A DNA stretch of 64,000 nt. Source: Octopus sinensis (Eukaryota). Every line of letters starts with the position of its first letter. Positions within the stretch are counted from its first letter, which is position 1. The notes beneath the pieces are model-generated. The model saw only the letters and a program-made list of their open reading frames with translations. It made no database searches and was not told the origin of the DNA. Both the position numbers and the translations under genes were made by a program. Positions 22,730 through 35,072 of this stretch are shown here, one piece after another. The stretch is from contig NC_042999.1 in assembly GCF_006345805.1 (NCBI RefSeq), forward strand, positions 109,306,001-109,370,000, in the 5' to 3' direction.

Positions 22730-24406
22730 AAAATGAACTTAAACAGGCTAACTTTGTAGCTATTCTTGTAGATGAAATGTATGATGTATCAAGCTATTCA
22801 TAACTGTCAACGGTTTTGTGTTATATTACAAAAGATTGAGTTATTAAAGAATGGTTTACTGGTTTTAATGATGTTAGTACAAATCATTCAGCAAATGCTT
22901 TATCTGAGCATGTTTTCAAATGCAATGAAATGTGTGTGAAAAAAAATTAATTGCACAATGGCAGGACATTTAAACAGGTTGCAATCAAAGGTAAGAGAGA
23001 AATATGAATATGCAATGTTTCTTCTTTGCTGTGCTCATATTCAAAATTTAGTTCTTTCAAAAGTATGTTCCACTTGAAAAGTATGTAGGATACCTTTTCT
23101 ACAATAAATGAACTAGATACGTTTTTATGAAATCACCCAAAAGGGCCAATGCATTAGACAATATTGTTGAAAAAGATTCTTCAAAGCAACACTAATTACA
23201 TGGAATTACTCCTACTGTCTTATTATTATTACAAAAGACAATTGTAATCTTTCAATCAGTCCTTTTGAAGACATCATCGCAAATTCTGAAACATGGGATA
23301 AGACCACAATAAATTCTACAATTGGATTCTTACATAATTTTAAAAATCTTGATTTCTTATTTTTATTAGTAGTATTTAATGACACATTTTCTTTCACTGA
23401 TGTCTTATTCAACATCCTTCAGACAAAAGGTCATGACATTGTAAAGAGCAAATAGATGAAAACTAGAACTGTGCTTGAAAATAAACTCAATGATTTTCCA
23501 ATATTTTATCAAATGTTAGGAGAAAAATATGGAATCGATACAGCAATCCAAATTAAGAGATCCATGAATAAAACTATTGATCCCTAACAACATTATAGAA
23601 TGCTCTATAACAAAAATATTGGCACAACAGTTGACCAATTAAAAAAAAGCAATATTCATCCTCAGAAGAACTTAAATTCATTGAACTTTTCAATTTTAGC
23701 AAAGCTGAAGAATATAGTAAAAAAAGTCCAGTGGATACTTTAAATTCTTTAAAAACCACTTTTTGTTTTATATAATTTGATTACAGAGTGAACTAAATGT
23801 TATGTATTCAAGGGAAGATTTTAAAAAGCTAAGTGTAATTTATTGCATTACATTTACATCAATGATTTTACTGAAGCTATGCCAGAACTTTCCAGTCTTG
23901 CAATTCGATTTTGACAATTTCTTCTATGACTGCTTCTCTAGAGTGGCTCTTTTCTGCATTGAAGAGAATTAAAGCTTTTTAAAGAAATACAATAGGAGAG
24001 AAAAGACATTCTGGGTTGGCTCTTAACTCAGTTGAAAATGATTTAGTGATTAAAACAGATTTTTATGAGAATGTACTAAACATATTTGCCCTGAAAGATC
24101 AAAGAATTGAATTAATTTAGAAATGAGATACATAAATAATAGCTTTCTTGTATGCCTTTTTTAAAATCTTTAAATGGCCATGTTACAAAACTAAACTGAT
24201 TCTGTTAAAAAATTTCAAAATAATTTTCAGCCCAACCTGGAGCTATTTTAGCAGCATTACAGGCTCCTGGGCAAATCAGTGAACTGGGTCCTATAATATT
24301 TAGTTACTGACAGCAAGCCACTGTGTACATAGATCAGAATTGGGCCCATAGACCTAGTTAACCCCTGGGCAACTACCAAGTGTACCCATGCCTTAAGATG
24401 GCACTG
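22730..24406 (+). mobile_element. Decayed hAT (Tip100/ZMYM1-like) transposon: transposase remnant and right end
   Basis: ANFVAILVDEMYDVS, CCAHIQNLVL, FLFLLVVFNDTFSFTDVLFNILQ and TASLEWLFSALKRIK..RNTIGEKRHSGLA (dimerisation domain). Right terminus CCTTAAGATGGCACTG at 24406; left TIR not found. Confidence 0.8.
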
Positions 24407-24755
24407 GTTCAATCAATAACCATTTATTGCATGACAAAAATCAAAACTTACCACACACAGCATAGGCTAGATGGTTTGTCAGTAGCTGGCAAGCCAGAAG
24501 ACTACACCAAACTGCACTGCTTGCTTTGGCATGGCTTTTACAACTGGATGCCCATATCTGTGTATATATATGTATATATATGGAACTGCTAACCCCACAG
24601 TTTTTTTCCCTCTCTGCCCTTTCTTTTGAGGAGTGTAGGTTTGAAACAAAAGACTTTCCTTTTTTCCTAAGTGTCAAACTAATACACTTGCATGTTATTC
24701 CCTCACCTGTCTCTCTCTTTTGTTTTTATTATGCACACATACACACACACATGCA

Positions 24756-24818
<63 letters not shown>

Positions 24819-25039
24819 GCAATAAGAAAATGGAGGAGAACAATAGGTGGTTCATCAACTTTTAGACATTATATTATGTCAACTTATTTATTTATTTACT
24901 AAACTGATAATTACAATAATATACATACATATAACATATTATTCTTTACATATACGATATAAGATATAAAATATAATAATATATAAGGATACCAGTAATT
25001 ATTATAAAAAAACATGAGGATTAACATACTTAATGTAAT

Positions 25040-25260
25040 GAACCAAAAATAATTTCTATCATAAGCACAAGGCCCAAAACTTGGGGAAGGGAATAGGTGA
25101 TAATATCAGTTCTGGTTCTTGGCTGGTACTTAATCTTATCAAATCGAGAAAGATGAAAGGCAAAGCTAACTCCAACAGAATTTGAACTTGTAATGTAAAA
25201 ATAAATACTGTAAAGAATTTTGATCAATACCTTAATGAGTCTACCAATACTGCAATGATT
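25040..25260 (-). mobile_element. SINE family B
   Basis: GAAAGGCAAAGCTAACTCCAACAGAATTTGAAC. Confidence 0.7.
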
Positions 25261-26222
25261 TTTGAAATTCATAGTAATGCATTAAATATAGGTTATTCAC
25301 TATACAATCTCATTAGTAATAACCAATAATCACTTTTCTGGCCAGGAGTTTAGCCTGGTCATTCTTTTATGAGAAGCAGGATTATTGGCAGTTGTTTGCT
25401 TTTTATGTGAGATAAATCTGTTTGAAAGTAGCCTGTAAAAATATTAAAGAGAATTTTATGTAATGTTTTCTGCCACATAAGACAAGAGCTGCGATTAGCT
25501 GTGTCTATTGGCTTTTGTTTCCTGGTTAAAAAGTCAACAGTCTAGGATCAGTGATTTATATTCTTCCATGTATATTGTTCAGCTGCCTGTTGATAAGAGA
25601 TGTGTGAAGGTATAATACAAAGTTATGTAAAAAAGGAAAAGAAGACCACTTTATAATTAATGAGTGCTTTGATATTTTCCCAAGCAAGTCACAAGCTCTT
25701 TCATAAGTTAGGGTGGACATAGAAACCTTTTTCTAGCTGTAGATCATACATGACATTGCTCATAATTGGGAACATATTGCATACATATGTTACTCCTCTG
25801 AATTTTGATTGAGAGGAAGTATGTGTGAATGAGAGAGAAGGGGAGGGAGAGAATGAGAGAGAGGGTGAGAAATAAAATTGTTCAAATTGACAGTTCTAAA
25901 GCTTATGTTACAAAATTTTAGTAAAATGTAATTATGTTTCCGTAACCATGATTTCACACATGCCATATAAAAAGTTATAAAAGAATGCATGCAGCCCAGG
26001 TGCTAAGGGCCGCCTATATCTAGCTTAGGGTGCAGATTGGAAGGAAATTTTCTAGTGGCTCTTAACCATATGGTCCCAAGATTTTCATCCAGCAAAGAAA
26101 TACACTTCTGATATATTTATATTTTTATTATTAACTATAAATTAGAGCAAGATATGATTTGATTGAGCTTACTTAGCTAACAATATTTGTCAACTATGAT
26201 ATGATTAATGTCACAGTCTTGT

Positions 26223-26523
26223 ATCATCATCATCATCATCGTTTAACGTCCACTTTCCATGCTAGCATGGGTTGGACGATTTGACTCAGGTCTGGCAAAC
26301 CAGATGGCTGCACCAGACTCCAATCTGATCTGGCTGAGTTTCTACATCTGAATGCCCTTCCTAATGCCAACCACTCTGAGAGTGTAGTGGGTGCTTTTAC
26401 ATGCCACCGGCATGAGGGACAGTCAGGCGGTACTGGCAATGGCCAATCTCAAATGGTGCTTTTTATACACTACCTGCATGGGAGCCAGTCCAGCGGCGTG
26501 GTAACAACCTCGCTCGAATGTTT
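26223..26523 (-). mobile_element. RTE LINE 3' terminal fragment
   Basis: (ATC)n GTTTAACGTCCACTTTCCATGCTAGCATGGG...GTAGTGGGTGC. Confidence 0.9.
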
Positions 26524-26835
26524 ATAATAGTTTATTTAAAGTAGTGCACAAAAATTGCATAACTGACATACCAAATATTTGTCATTGAGAGTCTTTTAGT
26601 TGATGTTGTCTTCTAAGCGACTTATGTTCAAACTGTAGTTTAATCAATGTCAAGCATAAATTTCTTTGTTTTGTGATTCTAAGCATCTTTTGCTTCTTGC
26701 ATGACAATTCAATAACTTCACAGAATACAGATTCAATGAAATATGTTGGTGAAAATAATAGAACAAATTTTGGTAGTATTGTTGATTAAATGCTATTTAC
26801 ATGCAATTTCTTCAGAAACCTATAAAGGAATATTG

Positions 26836-27042
26836 GTTTCAAATTTTGATGCAAGGCTAGCAATTTTGTGGAACAGGTTAAGTGAATACCATTGACCCCA
26901 GTGTTCAACTGGTACTTATTTTATTGATCCCCGAAAGATAAAAGACTAAGTCAACCTCAGTGGAATTTGAGCTCAGAATGTAAAGATGAATGAAATGCTG
27001 CTAAGCATTTTGCCCAGTAAACTAACAATTCTGCCAGCTGAT
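26836..27042 (-). mobile_element. SINE family B
   Basis: GGTACTTATTTTATTGATCCCCGAAAG...GGAATTTGAGCTCAGAATGT. Confidence 0.8.
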
Positions 27043-28114
27043 ACCTATATAGAAATATTAGGATTCAACGTAATAATACTTTGACAAATTCCCCATTTTT
27101 CAAAGCTCTGATACCTCCCCCTCCATTTGAAACTCTGCTGCTACATCAAAGAGATTACAAAGAAAATGTCATGTATATCATGAAAGAATGGAAAGATAAG
27201 CTAAATCAGTGAACAGTTTTTGAAGGACATCTTCAGACGTGTGATTGCAAATTATTATGACAAGATCTTACTGTGCATTAGAACACTGTCATTAACAAAA
27301 GAAGTAAGAAAATTACAGCACTGAACCATTGTATGAGGCACAGGAAGTATCTCTATGAAACCCCAAATTTTCACCTTTACATTAAGGGATGTCATTTTGC
27401 AGCCATTTATTGAGAATATTGTGCTTACCAAAAAATATGACTTAAGTAGCTGACAATGATTTAATGTGAAAAAATAGCTAAAGCAGTGGATGTAATTTCC
27501 TTTAGGCTATTGGTGGATGACACTTATAATAATAACTGGCAATAATTTTCATTGCTCTCCTCATGTTAGTAAAAAAAGGGGGATTTGTTCTTTGAATATC
27601 CCTCAATGACATTGATATAAGACCCTAAGAGCATGTATCAGTGGCATTGTTACATCCTGTGGCTACATGTATCAATGGTATGTATCAATGTCACATGTAT
27701 TATATGTAGCATTGCAGAGGTTCCATTTGTATCATATATGTATGAATATAATAATGATTTCTGACCTTATTTCATTTAATTATACGTAGAACTTCTTAGC
27801 AACCAAACTTTCTATCATGTATAATGTAATGTATATAGATCAATTATGGATTGCCATCTTTCATTAACTTCAAACTGCTCATGTGCTTATCAATCGCAAT
27901 GGAAGCCTGATTGCAGATGCAACTACAGAATTGAAATTGGTCTTCATTTCTTTGAAGTATTCCTGGGATAATGGCATAGATGTTTACAACACAGTTTATT
28001 ATTACTAGACTTGTACAAATAGTAACTTATCCACCAGTTTATCATAGTCAATGGATCAGACATATGCCTCATCATGTATAGATTTGTAGCGAATGCTTGA
28101 GGGAAATTCCTCTC

Positions 28115-28993
28115 TGTTATATATGCATAAATACAGATGTAGTAGATAACAGCTAGCCTTCGGCCACCCTTTTGGACTTTGTTGTGTCTCCTACTCTGAT
28201 TAGTTGGTATTGGCACAACTTGTCTCTTGCTCTATTGCACGCCATTATGCAACCCAACCAATCACAGCCTTCTGATAATGCCACATGAGACAGTCTCTTC
28301 TAAACCTCTGGTGAGCTGACTGCACCCTATAAAACTCTAGCTTTTCATCAAGTCGAGGTCTTTCGGTTCCAGCCCTTTTAAGTCTAGCCACTGACCACAC
28401 AGGACACAGCCAGTTCCAGCGACAACACAACAGCAGCCACATGAAGACTCATCAACTTCGTCCAGCAGCATTCAGGACCTCTATCTCTGTCACCACCATT
28501 TGTTCTAACATCAACATCATCTCTCTATGTACACAGCAACAAGCAACGCATGCACAGGTTCCAACACTGCACTGTTCGTGAATTACTTCACCATGGATCA
28601 ACAACAAATATACAACCTGTGAGAACTTCCTGTACCAAGTGACTGGCAATGGCATTGTAGCCACAACTTTGTATGACATGTACCGCTCCAGCTCTGCATT
28701 ACTGCCACAACTTCTTGATACAGCATTTCAACTATCGTGTACCTTGACTACGAACTGGTATTTATTATCCTTGTGACTGAACATTCTTCTAACATCATAT
28801 TATATACTCTTTCGATGCTCTGTACTTATCGCACATGCATACATCCATGTTTGTACACACACACTGTGTTCTCATGATGGCCTGTCTATCATTATGCATA
28901 TATGACGCACACACATGTTAACATATAAATAAAATCTCCTCTTAAACATTCTACCTGGTTGTGTCTCTCTTTTACTTCTGGCACATATACACA
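28115..28993 (+). mobile_element. Probable solo LTR
   Basis: TG...CA candidate ends, CCAAT at 28258-28262, TATAAAA at 28328-28334, AATAAA at 28928-28933, and GC/CpG richer than its flanks. No TSD found and boundaries uncertain. Confidence 0.4.
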
Positions 28994-31900
28994 TTTATTC
29001 CTTTCATATTTATTGTATCGACCATGTGATGTGCAAAGGAGCCATTCTTGTCACCTCACTTTGCATGATCATTTACAGGTTGATCATCATTCACTTTCAA
29101 TTCATCAAGCTGGAGAGCAAAATACCTGTTACCAGGTTTCTTAGCTAGTTCATTGACTACCTCCAACATAATATGCTACTTTATCTATGCTGCCACAAAT
29201 GGTATCATTATTCAATGGAAGACTCCTTTTTGATGTATCATCATACTGCAAAACAATTTTTATAAAAGAGCAGATAACTGGTTTTAGTAAGGTATCATTT
29301 ATAGAATGTAGCATTCCAACTTTACCTATTATTAATAATTATTCATAGCTGGCAATCAGTGTTAAATAGTCATAGTGGTGAACATACCAGTAATTGTCTT
29401 GTAACTATTGTGTTTCTGCTGTATTATTGACAAATCTTGATCTTGCTGGAGGAAGCCATTACAAAATAAGGGATTTATAATAGAATATAGTATTTAGTAG
29501 ACAAAATATGATGGTGAAATATTAAGGAACTAGTCTAAAATATAATTTAACAAAACGTGACTAGCTATGTTTACAAGCATGCTGGTGTATAATTAATTAA
29601 AATATTCCTTTCACAGCATACAATCAAAATAGTTTAAATATTGTCATGGTACATTAAACACATTTACATGAGCACATACAAAACAAACATTATAAACCAG
29701 TGGGTTTTTTTCTTCTTTTTGTCAGTATACAGTCGTCCATGCTATATGCCTTTTAAACTGTCATCATTATGATCAAATGAATCCTGGTGTGAGTATTAAC
29801 ATGATGTGGAGCCATATTGAATGGCTGACAAAACTATAATAATATAACACTTAAAACATAATGCAGCTTGAGAATCATCTCTATCTGCATATGTGTTGTG
29901 TGCTGTTACATGTGTAAGAAGACAGTATATAACCCAAATCATCTGTTTGCTCTATTTGTTCTATTGACTGCTAACTATGATCAAATATGATGGTAGGAAC
30001 TACAGCACTGCAAGACATATAAACAGACACATTAATACATTAATGAAGGGCAACTTCATGGGCAGCTGGTGAATCATTCCATACCTGCATTTGTACAGTT
30101 GTGTGGGTGAGCAGACACTGTATAGACCTTATCATCTATTTGTTCTATATAACCACTGTCAACTAGCTGCCATAGTCAGTTACCTCTGGCCACAACTGGC
30201 CACGGGCACCATATTTTAGAAAGATTCTAAAGGTAATGTACAACTTGATGACTTTGGTTTGTAACAACTTTTCTTTTCATGGTTAATCAATATTTTTGAA
30301 TGTATATTATTAAAATATTGCTTATCATTTTTAGCTTACATACCCCCACTGGCAACCTTTTCTTATAAATGTCCTCCTTGGAAATGCAAATTACTCCCCA
30401 GTGGAGCACACATCCTCAGATTAAAAATTACTAGAAGCAACTCTGCCTGTCAGGCTTAATATGATATCTGAAAAAAAATGTTAGTTGTAATTCTCCAACC
30501 AATGGAATGAGGGACCTACTATATTAAGTGTTTTTTCACCAATCAAATATTTGGTAATGAAGTATTGATGCATAGATAAAAAAGTGAAAGAGCATAAATA
30601 AATAAATAAATGAAAAAAGAGATATCAAGATTAATGAAATCCTAGAATGACTATATCTCATTAAAGCTGTACAATTTATAGACAGCTAATAAAATATGTG
30701 TAGAAATATAAAATCTCTACAAGATGTTATGTAATAGTTAAAATTATCTTTAGTACTTATATATCTAAAGGCAATTTTGAAGAGAGCCATTATGTAACAA
30801 CTAAAGTATTATGTTTTTCCCTGTCATATTATTATTAGTATGCACTAACTTAGCATTTGTTATTTTGTGCTAAATGTACAACAAATCATTTGCTGTCGAA
30901 TGTTAAATTTTTGTTTCAGTTTTCTTAATATTGCCTGCAGCTATGAATTATGACATGAATCATTTGTTATGTTTCAATTTAACACTATGTTTTGATTTCA
31001 CGGCGTCTTCTTATGGGATTATCTTGAAGCAAAACCTCTATCATACATTATTCAAATTGAGCTATATCTCATTAGCTTTTATGCTGATTCTAAGTTTTGA
31101 ATTTCTATATGATGAGAGCATGAGTATTTATGTATAATATCTTTCAACACATAGACACACGTATATACTCACACATGGATGCACAGATTTTTATAATAGC
31201 TATATTTTCCTTTGAAAAACTAACACACATGTTTTTATAAGTTACGAAATAAAATTTGGGAACATATTGCATACGTTGTTTATAAATAAATGTTTTCCTT
31301 TAAGAAATTACCAGATTTTACTAAATTAGAAATATCCATTCTCTTTTTAGTTTATATTACCATCAGAAATACATTCATAAAGGATAATTAGTGAAATAAT
31401 GCATTCTATGAAACAAATGATGCCAGAGGAGAAAATAGACACTGAATAGAAATAGCAATAAATTTACCTGAAAATATCTTCATATCTTATGAAACGCAGA
31501 TTGCTTTTTATCTTGCATCCATCTTCAGATAGAAATATATCTTGCTTTAAAAGAAAGTTTACAGTTGCTTGAAGTAAATTAAGTGTCTGTTTTAAAACCT
31601 TATAGTCCTAGCCATTTGTAAACTAAAAGCTTAGGTTTACCATCTCAGTAAATTAGATTTCAGCTTTGAGTAGATATTAAATTTTTATAATTATCATGAA
31701 TCAGAATTTTCTAATTCATAAAGGCAACCAAATAAATAAAGAAGAATTTAGTTGATGAGACTGAATTAGAATATGACACTATATTTTACAACAAATGCTT
31801 CCTCAGTTAATAATTTGTTTCAACTGATTCTATTTAAATCACACTTATAAATTTGTAATTTATCTGGAAAGACATTAAGAAACACAGAGCCACAGTTTAT

Positions 31901-33289
31901 AGAATGTAGTTTACACAATTTACAGTATCTAGTCTAAGCAACACATACACACATATTACATACAAAGGCTTAAATTAACACATAGCTGACTTCAGCAAAT
32001 TTTTATCTGTTAAAATCATTCAGTCCACAATATCTAGTATGTAGACATCTCACTCTTTTGATCTGCTAGTTCCTACCAATGCATTCAGTTGGTGAAAATT
32101 GGGCAACATTCTTAACAGTGGTGACCTACCATTAAAAAAAAACATGCATTAGGCTTAGGTAGATGAGACTGCTGTATTAGTTAATACCCTATTCTGCATT
32201 CCTTCCTCACTAGTTTGAAACTGGTGAAGAATATATCTTCATCAGCATTGTCAATAGCATTTTGCTCCTCTTACCCCTCTTTTTAACATCTACTTTTCCA
32301 TGCTTGAATAATTTAGATGAGAGTACATTGGAACAGAGTTTTCTACAGCCAGATGCCCTTTCTGTTGTCAATGCCTACTTATTTCAAGGTAGGGTAACAA
32401 TCTCTGAGTCTGTTGAAAAACAAATAGGTTAGACATGTTTGTAGAGAATTAGAAACAAATCACTATATGAATAAGATCTTTGTTTACAAAGACCACAAGA
32501 CATGTCAAGAAGTCTGGATGTACTTTTGTGGTGGACCACAAGCAAATGATACTGTTACCAATGCCATTATCTACACTCACAGAATGAAACATAGATGAGG
32601 AAATATAAAACAGACTAATAGGAAGACATGGACTGAGATCCCTGTTGACAGGACCTGATGTTAAATTAAAGTGTGTGCAAATTAGTAGCGCCATTTCTCT
32701 AGCTACTGGATCTGTTGGGTATAAAAACAAATTGGCTGCTTGCTTCTCAGAGATTCGACAAATTGATGAAGGCACCAATAAAGTTTAAAAAGTCAATTAA
32801 GGTTGTTTATTGCTTTTTCCAATCACGGGAAAATCTACCCTGTTTATTTATATATCTACTTACACATATCTATTAACAGCTGTGTGAATTGGTTCCATAC
32901 TTGGGGTGCATGAATAATTTGACCTTGGATACATAATTGGGTTTTCATTTATTATTTTTTTTATTAAAACTAAATAAAATAAATAATATTGCTTTATATA
33001 TATGATTAATTTCTTTAAAAAGGATTTTCAATGCCAACTCCTGGTATTGACATAGCAACAGGTTTTTCAATGTTTACTTCTGGTATTGATGTAGCAACTA
33101 CCATTACCTAGATATGCACATGTATGTTTAACCACTTCTATTTTATTTTAGAACCTTTGTTCTTGAGTATTAAAAGTATTATTTTCTGAGAAATACACTA
33201 ATCTTATACTTCAAGCAAACAGTACTGTATTAAGGCTATGAGTTTATATCCTGAGTGAAACCAAGTCCTTCTACTTGTTATATATATAA

Positions 33290-33696
33290 CTAGCAGTATC
33301 GCCTGGCGTTGCTCGGGTTTGTAAGGGAAATAACTATATAAGCATTTTTAGAGTTATAGCCAAAAAATAGCAAAAAAATGCATTAAAAATGGAAAAAAAA
33401 ATGATGGTAAAATTTTTTTTAAATCGTTGACTCATCTTAGACATTTTTAGAGAGTTACTTCCCTTTTTTTAATAGCGAAAAAATGCATTAAAATGGAAAA
33501 AAATGATGCTAAATTTTTTTTTAAATCGTAGACTCATCGTAGATGCGCGCTAATACCCAGAAGAGCTCGATATGAATCACGACTATAAGATACCCGGTTT
33601 TGGTTAAACTGCACTGCAAAATGTGTGAATAGTTAGGAATCTAAATCGTAGGAGACAGACACACAACTTGACTTTTATATATAAAGATTATATAGA
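33290..33696 (-). mobile_element. Non-autonomous Helitron (about 400 bp)
   Basis: Minus strand: A|TC start (33696 or 33687); 3' end CCCGAGCAACGCCAGG hairpin then CTAG|T; no TSD; internal duplication of about 100 bp. Confidence 0.8.
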
Positions 33697-33766
33697 TGTT
33701 AAATAAAATGAGACAACAAAACCAAGGCTATGTGGAATTTATAGGACGTTTAGAAAGAGAAAGGTA

Positions 33767-33814
33767 GTCTTATAGTTGTTTCTGGGATATTAGGGATATC
33801 CCTTCATCAGAGAC
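33767..33814 (-). ncRNA. Minimal type-I hammerhead ribozyme-like fold in a Penelope-type terminal repeat
   Basis: Minus strand GTCT-CTGATGA-A-GGGATAT(CCCTA)ATATCCC-A-GAAAC-AACT-ATA-AGAC: intact CUGAUGA and GAAA boxes, 7-bp stem II, 4-bp stem I. Stem III and cleavage triplet are mutated. Confidence 0.65.
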
Positions 33815-34174
33815 GGTGTGAGAGAGTTAGCTAGAGGGAAATAGTAGAGTTCAATATAAGGAGTTATATTGTAGAGTTCAATATATATATATATATATAT
33901 TAGCTGGTATTAGCTGATGTTTTCAAAGTGATGAATAGCTTTTTGCCAAAACCATGGTTCGCTTTGTTCTCTTACTTTATAATCATCTTATAATCATCTC
34001 ATAATAATGACTTTTATGACTCTTATTACTACTTCAGTCCATCTAAATGTATATATTTGCCGTTACCTGTCATAAATAGCCTTTTTTTATTTGCAATGTG
34101 CATTTTCGTTGATTTTTCATATTTTCCCCTTACATTTCCATGTGTATTTATATTTTCTTTTTGTAACATATTTC

Positions 34175-34222
<48 letters not shown>

Positions 34223-34244
34223 TTATGCGCCCTTTTCAAGCCTA

Positions 34245-34519
34245 GCCAGGCTCATTTGCCCGGTTTCCCAGTTTCTATGGCGTATGTGTTCCCCCCAGCT
34301 GAACGGGATGCCAGTCCATTGCAGCATTACTCAAGAAAAGGGAAGAAAGACTGAGAGAAAGTTGGGGTGAAAGAGCACAACAAGGGTCACCACCACCCCC
34401 TCATGAAGTTTTAGGTGTTTTTGCTCAATAAACACACACAACACTCAGTCTGGGAATCGAAAATGCAATCCTCCGACCGTGAGTCCGCTGCCCTAACCAC
34501 TGGGCCATTGTGCCTCCAA

Positions 34520-34520
<1 letters not shown>
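34245..34520 (-). mobile_element. Chimeric SINE: family C head with family D 3' domain
   Basis: Head TGGCCCAGTGG...TTCGATTCCCAGACTG, C body to AACTTTCTCTCA, then GCAATGGACTGGCATCCCG...GAAACTGGG. Confidence 0.65.
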
Positions 34521-34570
<50 letters not shown>

Positions 34571-34779
34571 GCAAACACATATATGTGGGTGTGGGTGTAT
34601 GTGCACATATATATATTTACACATATCACTGTATTAACTAGACTATCAGGTGTTGTTAACACACTGCTATTCACAGTGTACTTCCTCACATTGTGGTAGC
34701 TTTCAAATGATGACACCCCACTGGTTATGCTGACAAGTCTATGGTGTATAAGTGACCAGAATCAGAGCATTCCTCCTGA

Positions 34780-34935
34780 ATAGCATGCCAGTCCTTTGCA
34801 GGGTTAGTCATTTGCAGTTGAGTGGACTGGAGCAACATGAAATGGAATGTTTCATTCAAGAACACACTGCACCTACCAGCGTGGGATTTGAAACCATGAC
34901 CTACAATTTTAAGTACAACACCCTAATTACTATAT
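34780..34935 (-). mobile_element. SINE family D fragment
   Basis: Minus strand GGTTTCAAATCCC...GTGTTCTTGAA...CATGTTGCTCCAGTCCACTCAAC...GCAAAGGACTGGCATG. Confidence 0.65.
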
Positions 34936-35016
34936 CACTGTATCATGTATACATTCATGATAAAAAAATAATAATATCTGCGAGAGGATGGGGATGTTTG
35001 GGTGTGTATGTGTATG

Positions 35017-35064
<48 letters not shown>

Positions 35065-35072
<8 letters not shown>

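Noticed and set aside
32449-32778. 109-aa minus-strand ORF in non-repeat-looking DNA
   Set aside because: No recognisable motif, TTG start and no good splice sites; may be an unrecognised transposon relic.
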